A stretch of 58,624 nt of DNA, the filler included, from Porpidia crustulata (lineage: Eukaryota), in the NCBI GenBank assembly GCA_964255105.1. It is 8 parts of 8 records of this genome, joined end to end, with 100 filler letters (N's around TTAATTAATTAA, not from the genome) between each part and the next. Parts side by side here need not be neighbours in the genome. Positions count along the whole stretch, not along the records: positions 29,379 to 36,618 come from CAXUWE010001372.1; positions 36,719 to 43,955 come from CAXUWE010001373.1; positions 44,056 to 51,292 come from CAXUWE010001374.1; 5 more parts are not named here. One strand, written 5' to 3'. The notes under the pieces are model-generated. The model was not told where the DNA came from and did no database searches. It saw only the letters and a list, made by a program, of their open reading frames with translations. Below, in pieces: positions 35,978 through 47,859 of the stretch. The position numbers and the translations under genes are program-made. Within the stretch, counting starts at the first letter, position 1. Each line of letters opens with the position of its first letter.

Positions 35978-36070
35978 TTCGTTCTCACCCCTCAACGGAC
36001 CGCCCTAACCAAAACTGGTAAATATAACCCTAACCCTGAGCTGGGTGGTCCGTTGAGGGGTGAGAACGAG
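35978..36070. mobile_element. TA-flanked MITE (93 bp)
   Basis: 28-bp TIRs TTCGTTCTCACCCCTCAACGGACCGCCC / GGGTGGTCCGTTGAGGGGTGAGAACGAG (2 mismatches). TA at 35976-35977 and 36071-36072. Confidence 0.82.
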
Positions 36071-36618
36071 TATCAAACACCAGGAAAACACACTAGGCCT
36101 TTCATAGCATGACGTTTCCGCATCGGGACGTTTCGGTCGGAAACGAGGATCGGCGTCGGGGCTGGGAGAGTGCATAAGGTTTCGCTTGGGGTAGAGGGGC
36201 ATGGATAGTAATTGGGTGGATGCGAGAGGAATATTGGGGAAACTTTGGGGGTGTAGGTGGGGTTGGTTGATGATGTAGCGTGGTTGGCATTTACTCTATT
36301 CTTATCAGTTGTCGAACGACTACATGGGGATTTAGCCAAATATTGGAGGTTTCTGGGGAAAGGCGGTGTAGAATGTATCTACTTTGTGTATTGCTCTGTA
36401 AGCCTTGCCTCTAGATGACCGTGTTGGTTTTGTGTATTCTGTAGCTATAGTTAAATGCTAAACAAAGTCGAAATATCTTGTTTGCTTGATATGGTCCAAT
36501 TGAGCGCATTCATTTTTCACGTCGACGCCAATTCTAGTCTTCGTACACCTGGAGAAGCAGTGAGCCTACCCAAAAAGCGGATTTATGCGGTGGAGTAGGG
36601 TAATTCACCCTATATGGT

Positions 36619-36718
36619 NNNNNNNNNNNNNNNNNNNNNNNNNNNNNNNNNNNNNNNNNNNNTTAATTAATTAANNNNNNNNNNNNNNNNNNNNNNNNNN
36701 NNNNNNNNNNNNNNNNNN
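36619..36718. other. Artificial contig linker
   Basis: Same 100-bp spacer. Confidence 0.99.
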
Positions 36719-37292
36719 GGGTGAGGAGGGGTCAGCTTTGGGGCCGGATATGCCGGCGTTGGTTACTGTGATGAGGCAAGGGGTGAGATTCATGAGGTGA
36801 GGGAAGAGGGTTCGGGGAAGTTATACTTAGAAGGTTGATGTATTTTTCTTTTTCGGATATGTCCGCAACTAGCTTTTCAAGGTCCTCTTTGGAGGTCACG
36901 TCGCAGGGTCCTATGCTGTTGTTTTCTTTAAGCCTCAGATCTCACTCTATCGCTCGTCGATTCGGAGAAGTATCAGCAAAATTGGGCGCTCACGGTATTA
37001 TGTCGCCCTCATCCTGTGGGCTATGGCTTTTTGCAGCGTTCTCTAGCACCTCCATACGACGGCCGGTGATGTAAACTTTTGCTCCTAGTTTCACAAAATC
37101 AGTCAGTACTCTATTCTTCCCATGATCTCCGCCGTTGTCAACGAGTATATTAGAACAAGGAAGATCTTTACCATTGGCTGCCAATGCCTGCACTGCCATC
37201 AGGCCAATGCCTGTACCACCTCCAGTGACAACACACACGTAGCCCTTGACGGAGAAGAGTTCTTGGGATTTGAGCTGGTGTGTTGGTGCCAT
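36719..37292 (-). CDS. Short-chain dehydrogenase/reductase, N-terminal part (truncated by contig edge)
   Basis: LFSVKGYVCVVTGGGTGIGLM...ALAANG/AKVYITGRR, then CDVTSKEDL and NAGISGP in later exons. Confidence 0.88.
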
Positions 37293-38114
37293 GGTACTGG
37301 AGTATTTACGTCGGTAAGTGTGGAGCGTCAGAGGGGAATTCTAGTTATGCGACTGAGACACCAGGTGGAACATAGCCTTTGGTTAAAATGGTCGTCGAGT
37401 GGTAGGGGACTCCAGACTTACTGCTACCTGTGACGCTTGAATGGGAAACGACTGGTAACGGCTTGACGTCATCTAACGGTTATTCAACGTTGCGTGCCCT
37501 TATCTTATCTTATCTGGCTCCCCTATGAAAAATAGGAGTAGTAGAAGGCTAAGTGAAGCGTGTGAAGAAATAATATTATGATATCTTCAAGTGTCTGGCT
37601 ACTAACAAGAAAGAAGCCGCCTTTCGAAGGAAGCTGATGTACAAGGCAACCAGAAGCGAGAACGCAGACTGCTTCCTTGAATAAATAGCGAAATAGAGTA
37701 ATACTACACTTGGGGGTTGATGGTAAAAGCCGCTTTTGGCAGATCTGATATCCACCTATGTACAATAATGTTCGCGGACTGATCAGACTGCATGACTGAT
37801 TGTTCTAAGTCAGGCAATGTCGGTTCGACTTCAGTACAACTCTGCTATACATTGATCCCAGACTTCATTGTGGAAGCATTTCGTGATCTGTTATGAATGG
37901 AGGGCCTTGGGGTGGGTGAAAGCGGTCTTGTAGACAATAGTGGCGGGATTGAATATTTGATTGTCGTAGCACCGAATTAGGAGTATCTTTCCTGGAATTT
38001 GTTTCCCATGAATCATGGCCAGGTTTGCCTAGCAATTAGAGCAAATTTCGGTCCGTTTTGCATTCCTTGCTCTCTCAGTAGGATTCTTCTAGCACAAGGG
38101 TTTGGTCCAATGAA

Positions 38115-39486
38115 TCAATCAGCTTTCCAATGGCCCGTTAATCCTCCATCTATGTCTTCTTTCCCTAGGTAAAGTTCCAAAGAATACATTGCCATGGTCC
38201 CTGCCACGTTGATCCATCTCCAGAGGTTCCCACCTGCATCTCCTCCTTGGCTAGTCCACCAATTATCGTCCCCACCTTCACCACTTGTTGATGCAAAGTG
38301 CTGCATCAAAAGACTGGTATAGACGGCAATCAAGATGCTGGGGCTGAACCAGCTGAGCAGACCAAGAATTTGACCGGCGCCATCAGGATCCTCTAAAGAG
38401 GGTTCCTGGGAGAGTGCTCGAGCTCCGGACTCGCGCACTGCAGGAATTATGCGGGTTGACGCATACAGCACAAACAAGCGGTAAGCGAGAGAGATAATGA
38501 CGGATGGTGTGATGGTGCTCAATGCTGCGACAACGAAATTGAAAGTTGCGTGCAAGGCGGAAGGAAGTACTGAGAGCGCCTGGAGTAATGTGGTGTAGGA
38601 AGCCATGATTATAGGTGGAAATGGTGGAAAGTCAGCTGCCTGCGCGGGTGGGGGTATAGATTCCGGAGGATATGATGGTTGATAGTCTGTGAAGATCTGA
38701 TAGATGCACAGCACGACATACGCAAAGAGCAAGGAGCTCTCTACGGGATTGCCTTTGCCACTACCGATACCCCAAGCGCATAGAATCACGGCGCAAGTGA
38801 TTGTGATGCCAATCAGGGTGGCATCAACGTTGCCGATCTCGGGAAAACGGGTGATGCGCCAAAGGAAGTAAACGGAGCTCGAGATAACTGACGCAGACAT
38901 GACAAGAAGTCCGATCTAATTAATGGGTTAGCCTTGATACGGGCGATTGTGGTACTGGCCATACCATCCAGCTGTCGCTTCTTCCTCCCCTGTTCACCAG
39001 CCATCTGGTAATCTGACCTGCGGCTTGTATAACGAGCAAGCTGCAGAAGCCCTCAACGAGCTGGAAGACTGGGGTTGACCATCGTAAGAATTTGTCCCAG
39101 CTTCCAACCGTAGCAGTTTCTACCAGCCCATCCGGTCCACATATCCATTCTCGTATCGAGGTGTCTTCCGCTCTTTTCCCGCTGAACGTCCTTTCCACCC
39201 AGCTGCTGCCGTCATAGGAATCCACCGAGAATCGATTCAGGGACCATATCAGAAGTGAGGGCAGGACTATCCACTGCGTCCATGATATGACCAGAATCAA
39301 GGCATACCGAAATCGAGATCTGTCTGGTGTGGATACTCGTAGAATCGAGTAGTAGAAGTAGAAGGAAGACAGTGACAGTGAAAAGGCTAGGCCGCACGCC
39401 CTGCCGCCGATATCGAAAGCCAAGGGTATCGACAAGATAATCGAAGTCAGGAAGACCACGGAGGAAAGGATTCGCAGGATCCACAT
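38115..39486 (-). CDS. ICE2: ER membrane protein Ice2
   Basis: ILSIPLAFDIGGRACGLAFSLSL, TPVFQLVEGFCSLLVIQAAGQ, GKGNPVESSLLFAY, WFSPSILIAVYTSLLMQH, LWRWINV. One intron near 38915-38960. Confidence 0.9.
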
Positions 39487-42400
39487 CAGCGCAGAGAGCG
39501 CCAGGGGCGCTTTTTGGCGGCCACAGCAGGGTTTGATTGAATTGCAGCCTTCATAGGAGGCTGGGATTTCGATAAGTCCCGACGCGATGAATCTCGTCTT
39601 TGTATCGTCTGCGTCAGGGTGGAGAGGTTTGTGGGAGTATTAGACTAGGTATTTACCATAGATGGTCTCTTCACGTTGGCCTCTTAATATGGTTGGTGAT
39701 TGGAATTTCCAGACCAGGAATAGGGTATGGTAGGATAAAGTGACGTCGATAAGGACGGTTGACGCAACTACCTTATGACCGGGAGAAGCTGCTTTGCCTG
39801 GTTTTCTCGTCGGAAGACGTTTAATTTACTGGGCTCTCGAGATAGGTTAGATATCAAGCTTGATCGCGTGCCGCGGGCTAAGAAACCACGGAGCCTCGCA
39901 AAGGATCTGGAACCGAGACGTGAGGACTGCTTTCTTGGCTTACAACGACTGCTTTATTTAGGGAATAAAGAAATTTGCTCGATCACCAGCTCTGTTAACG
40001 CTCTCATGGAGTGTTAAAATTCTACATCTCCACGGATTGATTAAAGGTTAACGGAGCAAGAATCATCAAGGTACCAGGGCAATATGGAGGAACGCCTTGG
40101 CGCGAATAGAGGATCTGACAGGCTATCATATGTCAAGGATGTTGATATAGAGAATTAGATTATCATTAAGGACACCTTCTGTCTACCTTGAAGAGTTTAG
40201 ACGTGTAATAAGTATAAGGTAGCACACTTCAATTATTCTAGATGCCGATGATACATAGGTGATCGTCCCATTAAGTTTTTCTAGCAGCAGCTGTCGCAAT
40301 CTACTCTGTTCGTCGTATAAATGTACGTCCCATTGTGAACAATTTTCCGAAGCTTGTACGAAACCAGCTTCAAAAACAACCCTGAGAGGCACATATTATC
40401 CTTGCTGTTTATCCCTTCGTATGGCGATCTTAGAGTGCAACGATCATTGTCGGTGGTCGCTGTCCCAGTAGTGGGAAAGGAAGAAATGCTGTAACGTCTT
40501 TGATATTCAATTTGCTCCTGCGCTCCCTGGCGATGATTGCAATTAGGGATCATACCATACTCGGACACCAAGATAGAACAAAGTCGATATTATTCGAGAT
40601 TGTAAGATCTGAAATTTTTTGTAGCTTGATTAGTTGCAATATGTACTCTCAAACGCGCCTCTAGCGGTCTTGTTTGAAACGTGCCCGATTCTTGAGATCA
40701 TTGCCAATTTGGATCCGATGATATTGACATTTATGGAGTGGTCTCAAGAAGGGTTCTCGCCATGTCTCTTCCTGACTTGTTGCGTTCTAATGACCCTCGG
40801 ATATTATTGATGGGCCAAATACCTGAGATTAGAACAAGGGTGTCGACCAGGACTTCTGTACAGGCTTGGGCCTGCAATTTCGAGAGAGTGGATTGACGAA
40901 TCTGAAATCACGGTTCATCCTGTGGGTGAAGATTGTAGAAAACGTATAGGATAGTATACCTCCTAATGCATCATAGCTGAATTGAATCGTGCTCGGCGGT
41001 GGATGGGTGACTTTGACATTGACCGCGTAAAGATGTGGTAGGCTTGTATCATAATAGCTATTTGGAGTGTGTAAATAGTCATGAGCCCTGTTTTACTTGC
41101 ATTTGCCTCGTAGGTATCCTTTAAGTTCGGCATTCAGGTGAGGGTAGAGATGAGAGAGAACGATAGGACTATCGTATCATGGTGAAGAGGCTTTGAAGTA
41201 AGAAGTCGAATTGTAGTGGAATCTCCAATACGATAAATTGTTATGCCGCTCCAGGATTATGATGTAATATTGGAGGCTATTAAGCACTTGGAACAACGGA
41301 AGGGGTAATAACATTAATAGGTGGTGTCATCAATCAAGACTTCATCATGTTGGTCGAAATGTTCAGAAATCGTTTCGTTATGGAAAGAGCGATCAGAATG
41401 GCAGGAGAAGAGGCAAACTCGCGAAGCAACGAAGCACAAGAACATTAGACCATCGATCTTAGCATTTTCACTACAGCCACTGACCAATATGTCCAGCCTG
41501 GCTTGCCTGGTTGCCAACATGGCGGGAAGAGCCCTTGGCGAGATCCGGAGAAAGAAATGAGTAACTGACCCTGACACCGTGGTATGCGAATAGGTGAGCA
41601 ACTAGAAAAGAAGTCAAGCCAGGCCAGCTTTCGGTGTTTAATGCGACTAAGTGTAAGGAACTTTTTGGAAATCAATCAAAGCTTGACTCTCTGGTAATGC
41701 CACTGAGCTTCAGCACTTGGGAATCACCAAACTTTGGGGGCAACGACACTAAAGATATGTCCACACATAGACGTGGCACAAGTCGTACCACGAGCACTTC
41801 CTCGCTCTTTACACTTCATTGGACTCCTGGTCCATAGTCGATATTGGTGGTGCTCTGAAGAGTGGAAACCAACATCGTACGAGTCTGGTAGATTGGTCCT
41901 TAATACTCCATCTCCTCATGATCCATCTCATCATCGATCTAGGCGATCAGGCAACCCAATGAATAATCTCCTTCTCCCGTCTTCAACAGAAGATGGAATC
42001 ACATTAGGCGTCCGATGCTGCTGCGCCTTCCCCTGTAATTATCCCCCTCGTGGTAGCTCGCATGGACTTTGGAGGCTTTGGAGGCGTGGGCAGGCTAGCC
42101 ACTCACGCCGCTAACTTAGTCGAGTGGATGTTGCGGCGCATCAAATCTCTTCAAGGAACAAGACTGAATGAGTTCCAATTCAGCCCTCAATGGTCATGGA
42201 ACATCGTCGATATCTCGTAAGCATCTCCCATCAGCGTGACAAGATATCCTTGATCTGTCGCATGCCATGGGCCCTGCAGATGCGCTCACCCAGACTCGAT
42301 GATCAGAATACTTGACGATGTCTTCAGATTTTGACATGAACCTCCGTTGAATTGGAAATATCTACATCCAATACTACAGCACACTCTTTCCCTTCGCATG

Positions 42401-42855
42401 TTGGATCTCTCCCGCTTGATGCTTTGGCTTTCCAATGGCGTGACTCTGTGAGCGCATCCGGGCTTCAGCCGCACTGAACCACCGCCGGTTCAGGCTTACA
42501 GTACCTTAACTCCCTTCAATGTTTATGTTTCATATTCTGGTCGTCTCTATTTCCGGCTTCTCTTCTCGTGGTCGGTCAGAAATCTAGGGCTGTGGGCTAT
42601 GCTTTCTTCATCGTCAGGCCTACAAGGCCAGTTTAGCTCATCTCCGCTGCTGTCTGCCCAATGCTGGAAGTGTTTGTATAAGAATACTGTCTTCCTCCTC
42701 CCACTTACTCCGTATCAAGCAAATCAGCATTTCCACATTCCAATCCTTTGAGCTCCCTCGTTTCAAGCTCTGTCCATTACGATCTTTATTAAGTATCAAT
42801 AATTTCCACAACTAGAACATCTTCATAACCAGGATCACCAAGCATCACAGCCAAA

Positions 42856-43695
42856 ATGCAGACCAAGATCATCACTGCCACGGCGCTTTTCTCCGTCGCT
42901 GTCTACGCCCAGGTTTGTCTCAGCGAACCAAGTCTGTATCTTACCCCCCCACTAAACCCCACCTAGGACAAGCAGTCATCTCTAGAAAAGACTTTCTATG
43001 ACTTGCTCACCTCGGTCGACAACTCGCCTCAGGTTTCCACGGCGCTCTCCGTCTTCGCCACGGCTCTGCCAAGCTCATATGTGAAAGCCATCTCGAGTGA
43101 CCCTGCATCCTTCTACGAGCAGCTCGCGACCGCGACCACGCTGCCAACTGAAGTATCCAACGCGATCAATGCCATCCCGACAGCTGCTGCCTCATACATT
43201 GTCAGCGCCGTCTCCAAGGGCGCCGACATCGTCGTTTCCGAAGACTCCATCTACGCCAGCTCTGTCATCAACGATCCGAAGTGGACATCGGCCCTCAGCG
43301 TCCTCAACACCGCCGTCCCGTCATCCGTGCAATCGCTCCTCGCCAGCAATGACGCCTACGCTCTGTCCATTCTGACCGCCACTTCGCTTCCGTCGTGGGC
43401 TTCGGCCCTCCCGACCGATGCGGTCAACTACCTCAACAGCATCGATAATGACGCCATCAGCATCGACAGCGCCAATGTCAATGGTTTCAGTAGCACACCC
43501 TACCCCAACGGTGCCACCACCACCACCAAGCCATCCAGCGGGTTTGCCAAGGCTACTTCGGGCGTTGCTAAGGCATCTGGCAGTGTCAACGGCACCGGCG
43601 TTGCCACGTTCAAGGGCGCTGCCTCGTCGGTGAAGACTGGTGGTATCGGAGCCGGTGCCCTTTTCGCCGCCATTGCCTTGTGGTTCCACGTCTAG
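42856..43695 (+). CDS. Secreted, probably GPI-anchored Ser/Thr/Ala-rich cell-wall protein with two internal repeats
   Basis: Signal peptide MQTKIITATALFSVAVYAQ, intron 42913-42966, Ser/Thr stalk, and hydrophobic tail ...FKGAASSVKTGGIGAGALFAAIALWFHV. Confidence 0.85.
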
Positions 43696-43955
43696 ACAAG
43701 ACGCCGTTGGACGTTAGGATTAGAAGTGATATATGGATACAGGATAGAGAGTTGTCGTGCGGCATTTACAAAGTGTTTTGGAGTTGCAAATCTGTATGAT
43801 TAATAATCTAGTTGTTTGCCTCACGGCTGTCCACTCCTTTACAGACTGGTTAATGCAAGAAATTGCTTGATCCTCATCGCGTTGCCCGCCCTACCAGTTA
43901 GCCCCCCCCCACAAACACAAAAGCAAAAAAAACCCCCCCCCCCCCCCCAACCAAT

Positions 43956-44055
43956 NNNNNNNNNNNNNNNNNNNNNNNNNNNNNNNNNNNNNNNNNNNNT
44001 TAATTAATTAANNNNNNNNNNNNNNNNNNNNNNNNNNNNNNNNNNNNNNNNNNNN
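43956..44055. other. Artificial contig linker
   Basis: Same 100-bp spacer. Confidence 0.99.
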
Positions 44056-45767
44056 GACTGCGGGTATTGTGGATTGGTGGCGCTTTGGGGTTGAGCATAT
44101 GCTGAAGGTTGCTGTTGGCTTGACTGCGGGTATTGGGGGTTGGGAGCGCTTTGGGATTGAGCGTATGTTGAAGGTTGCTGTCCGTAAGCTGACGAGGGGT
44201 GGGATGGAGAAGTATAGGTCTGTGGGAGTTGAGTGCCATATGACGATGAGGTTGGCTGCCCATACGCGGATGGAGCTTGTGAACCGTAAGCCTGCTGTCC
44301 GGGCGGCGCTGGCGAATAGGATGACCCGGCTGGGTTTGATCCGCTATATTGGCTAGCTGGAGGTCCAGGAAAGGCTTGAGGATGTTGGCTATTGGGAGGG
44401 CCTGGCAAAGAAGCGCTTGACTGTCCGCTCGGTGGACCCGAAAACGACGAGCCGTATTGGCCGCTTTGCTGGGAAGCATAGGATGGGTTCTGCGGGCCGC
44501 TTGCTGTACTCGAATAGGACTGATTATATGAAGTGCTCGGAGGACCAGAGAACGAGGGATTGTACTGCGAGCTTGGTGGGCCGGAGTAAGACTGATTTAA
44601 TTGTGTATTGGGTGGACCAGGGAAGGATGGATTTTGCTGGCTACCCGGTAATGAAGAGTATGAATGGTTCTGTTGACCAAGGTTAATTTGGGAGCCGTGA
44701 TTGCTTTGACCGTATGGCGAAGCCCCTGATGTATTCTGGCCAGTCTGTCCGTACGTCGAGCTACCAGAGTACCCTTGAGGATTGCTGCCGCTTGCATGCT
44801 GACCTGGTGCCTGATATGATCCACTCGACGGCCCGTACTGGCTTAAACCTTGCTGGCCTGGCGGTTTGTACGCTGTTGGTGGAGCGGCACCAGAGTATGT
44901 GCTAGATGATCCCTGACCACCAGAGGAATAGCCATAGCTGTTGGACTGGGACTGTTACAATATTAGCACTATTGCAGTATTGCAAGGCTTTCAAAGCGTA
45001 CTCCTGAGCCTTGGTGCCCTCCAAATAAGCCGGACGCAATTCCCATCAACCCTCCTTGGCCTTGAGCACCTGACGTCGCAGTGCCATGTCCTGATCCACC
45101 ACCAGAGCTTGTCGAGTGGGAAGTTGATGATTGCTGATTTTGAGGCTTGCCGCCAGACCCAAGAAGGCCACCTATTAGCTGTCCGGCTAGCCCTCCACTT
45201 CCGCCACTGCTATTTCCACCACTGCTACCGCCATGCGAGCTTCCACCCAAGAACGAGCTTGCTAATCCCCCAAAACCTGATTGTTGCTGTGGTTTGCCAT
45301 GTTTCCCCATGACAGCATTCATGGCGAGGTCCTAATCGGGCTTTCATTAGCTTAGTATAAGTACTGTCGCCATACTACATACCCCTAGCAAGCTCCGATC
45401 GGCTCCTTCGTATTGCTCAACGGTTCCGTCTTCTTTCCTGATCACGGCAGTCCCATCGGGTGCTATGACAGTGGCTGGCGCACCTGACGGTTGCTTGAAC
45501 GGATCTGCCATCTGTTGCGGGGTAGGATCTGGAGTGGGTACGGAAAGCGCAGGCTGAGTGGGTATATCCCATTGGGAGTGACCGGTGGCCCTTTGGACGT
45601 AGTAGTACTTCCGGGACTGACCTTCCCATTGCGCTAGCCTGTGCATGTAGTGAGCTTCTTGCAATTTTGTGACATGGAGCATAGTGCCGTAAAACATACC
45701 AGCCTTCAGGTAGGGTGGGAGGAGAATGAGTTGGTCCTTCTTGGTTCGACGTTGCTGTCTCCGCCAT
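44056..45767 (-). CDS. WW-domain protein with long Gly/Ser/Gln/Pro/Tyr low-complexity tail (3' truncated)
   Basis: MAETATS...PPTLPEGW/LAQWEGQSRKYYYVQRATGHSQWDIPT, followed by G/S/Q/P/Y-rich exons. A 66-bp coding tandem repeat lies at about 44056-44180. Confidence 0.85.
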
Positions 45768-46825
45768 ATTGACGAGAGCGAGGTTTTTATCGAGAAAGGT
45801 TCGCAGTCTTAGAAGGTATTGGGAGAAATGGGAGTAGTAGACATGTAAACAAGTCAATCCATAAACTCCATGAGTAATACAAATGCAAACTCATAGGCGG
45901 TGTATTTTCGAGAATTCGCGCTTTAGGTGGGCTGTGCAAGCCAGTCACACTAGCTGCTTATTTTTCTCAGTCGCCATCGTCAAAATCAACATCCAACACC
46001 CCCTCGACCATGCCATGTTTTTGTATCGACAACAACTGCCCTACTAGACTGACTTTGAGAGCGAACGAATTGCATGATCAATTCTTCAAATCCTCAAGAA
46101 GAGATTCAGCTAAAATCATGGCAGTACAGGACCGCACATGAGTTTGCGAAATCGATATGTATTCCGAGAATCCTCGACTATTGAAATGTCGAACTAAGAA
46201 GACATCTACTGAGTTTCTGCATTTCTCAGATCAATATTCTTTCATCCGTAGACATTTATTGCTGAATTAATATACCAACATAATGGCAGAAGTACCCGAC
46301 ACATTCTTACCCAAGTGCTATCCAATCTCAATGGGGTCAGCGAACACTATCTCCACTTACGAGGGTTTCGAACTTACCAAGTCATGTTTACGAGATGGCA
46401 GAAGAATCTTAGATAACAAATCCGATGCATTATTGGGAAACGAAGTTCGGTGCATTTCAATTTACAGTCGGTGGTGAGAGCTCCAAATCATTGGGTTGTC
46501 GCCGAGAGCGAAGAGGATTGGCACTTAGGAGCAATGTGTATAAGCATTAATGGTGTATCTACCATCAGACTCGGGATTATATTTGCCTTGGATGGTTCGC
46601 ATCCAAAGTTCTCAAATAGGTGAATGAACTTTGCGTGTTCTAGGTGATAAGGTGTGATTTTATCTCAGTTATGATATTAATGTTATTCCCATTTCCCAGA
46701 ATTCCGTACGATTCGATGTTTCCTTCTATACTCATTTGAAATTCCCCTTTTATGTATCATGTAACCAAGCCTCTTATATTGCATCCATATCTCTTAACAA
46801 GAACTTCTACTACTCTCAATGCCAC

Positions 46826-47805
46826 TCAAGGCCCCCACACGCCCACTCGTTCAACCTCTAGCTCAGCCTCCTCTACCCAGCCGTCGCTGTGGGAGGTCTC
46901 CCACACAGGTTCCGAGACATCATCGTGGTGCCCATGACCACTTGACCAGCTCTTGATCGCAGTGCTGATGATAGTCTCCGGGGCCTCCGGGTATTCTCCG
47001 CGGTCAAATAGTCCTACTGCATCAAGTTCTAATAGACCGAACGTCTGGAAGATCTTGGGCACTGCTAGCACAAACCCATTCCGGAAAGCTGTCAGAGCCC
47101 CCGCAAACAGCTCACAGCACCCGTCCTCGCATGTGCTACATTCAAGATTGACGATCAACTTGTCTAATAGGAGATGCTTGAGGATAGGGGCCAGTTTAGC
47201 CGGCCAAGTTTCGGTTACCAACTGCTGCTTGAACGCTTTGTGCAGGTCCCTGGTGCAAAGCCGATTAGATTCCGATGCCGAATGGCCGGGCTGATCAGAA
47301 AGTCGCTCCTGATAGGATTTATATAAGCCAGGTCGAGAGCTGTTGATTACCGACTTGTCCATGGAAGCCATGTCAGACGGATCTAGGTCAAGCTCGACCG
47401 TTTTGACCCAAAGCCGCCGAGTATCGGTGTTCAACGAGGTGTCGAAAAATCTTGTAGTGAACGATACATTGGGTAGGATAAAGGTATTACGCTTATATAG
47501 AAGTGGCTCGGCTTCCTCACAAATGCGCTTGCATGTGCGAAGAAGTGAGACGGCGGGCGAGTCGTGATAGAAGGCATCATCGTGAATGCAATCATCGTCC
47601 ATCTCCTGACGGTGCGAGCCCAAGTACGGATAGACGCAGCCGACCACTAAACAGTGACTCCATATCATGGTCCGAAGTTCCAGAGGGAGGGTCCAAATAT
47701 CGGCCTTGACTCTAAACTATGTGAGCTAGAACTCGAAGTGGCTGGATCTCCTCTTCCCTACTTTGTCAACGGGCTTTCCGTTTCCGTACTCTCGGTGGAC
47801 CACAT
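46826..47805 (-). CDS. Fungal hypothetical protein with F-box/2EXR-like N-terminal motif
   Basis: Short first exon MWSTESTETESPLTK, a GTAGGG...TTTAG intron, then IWTLPLELRTMIW and SLLRTCKRICEEAEPLLYKRNTF. Confidence 0.7.
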
Positions 47806-47859
47806 CCTGAAAATTCCGCCGAGCTTATATAGACTAGTATAACAGATCTATGCACTAGC

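Noticed and set aside
29484..36037. CCCTAACCCT motifs as true telomeres
   Set aside because: Fewer than two full units each and internal to TIR elements; reported instead as a MITE-core observation.
9844..37292. Secondary-metabolite cluster made of the esterase, PTH11-like, amidotransferase, SDRs, decarboxylase and MFS
   Set aside because: These genes lie on five different unlinked contigs, and no PKS, NRPS or terpene synthase is present.
39980..41680. Possible decayed ankyrin/NACHT gene on the minus strand
   Set aside because: Only one vague ankyrin-like fragment (PLRVVFEAG) is visible, too weak to call without a search.
43900..43955. Poly-C/poly-A tracts as a telomere or G-quadruplex element
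   Set aside because: Low-complexity sequence at a contig end, typical of assembly termination, and not a CCCTAA array.
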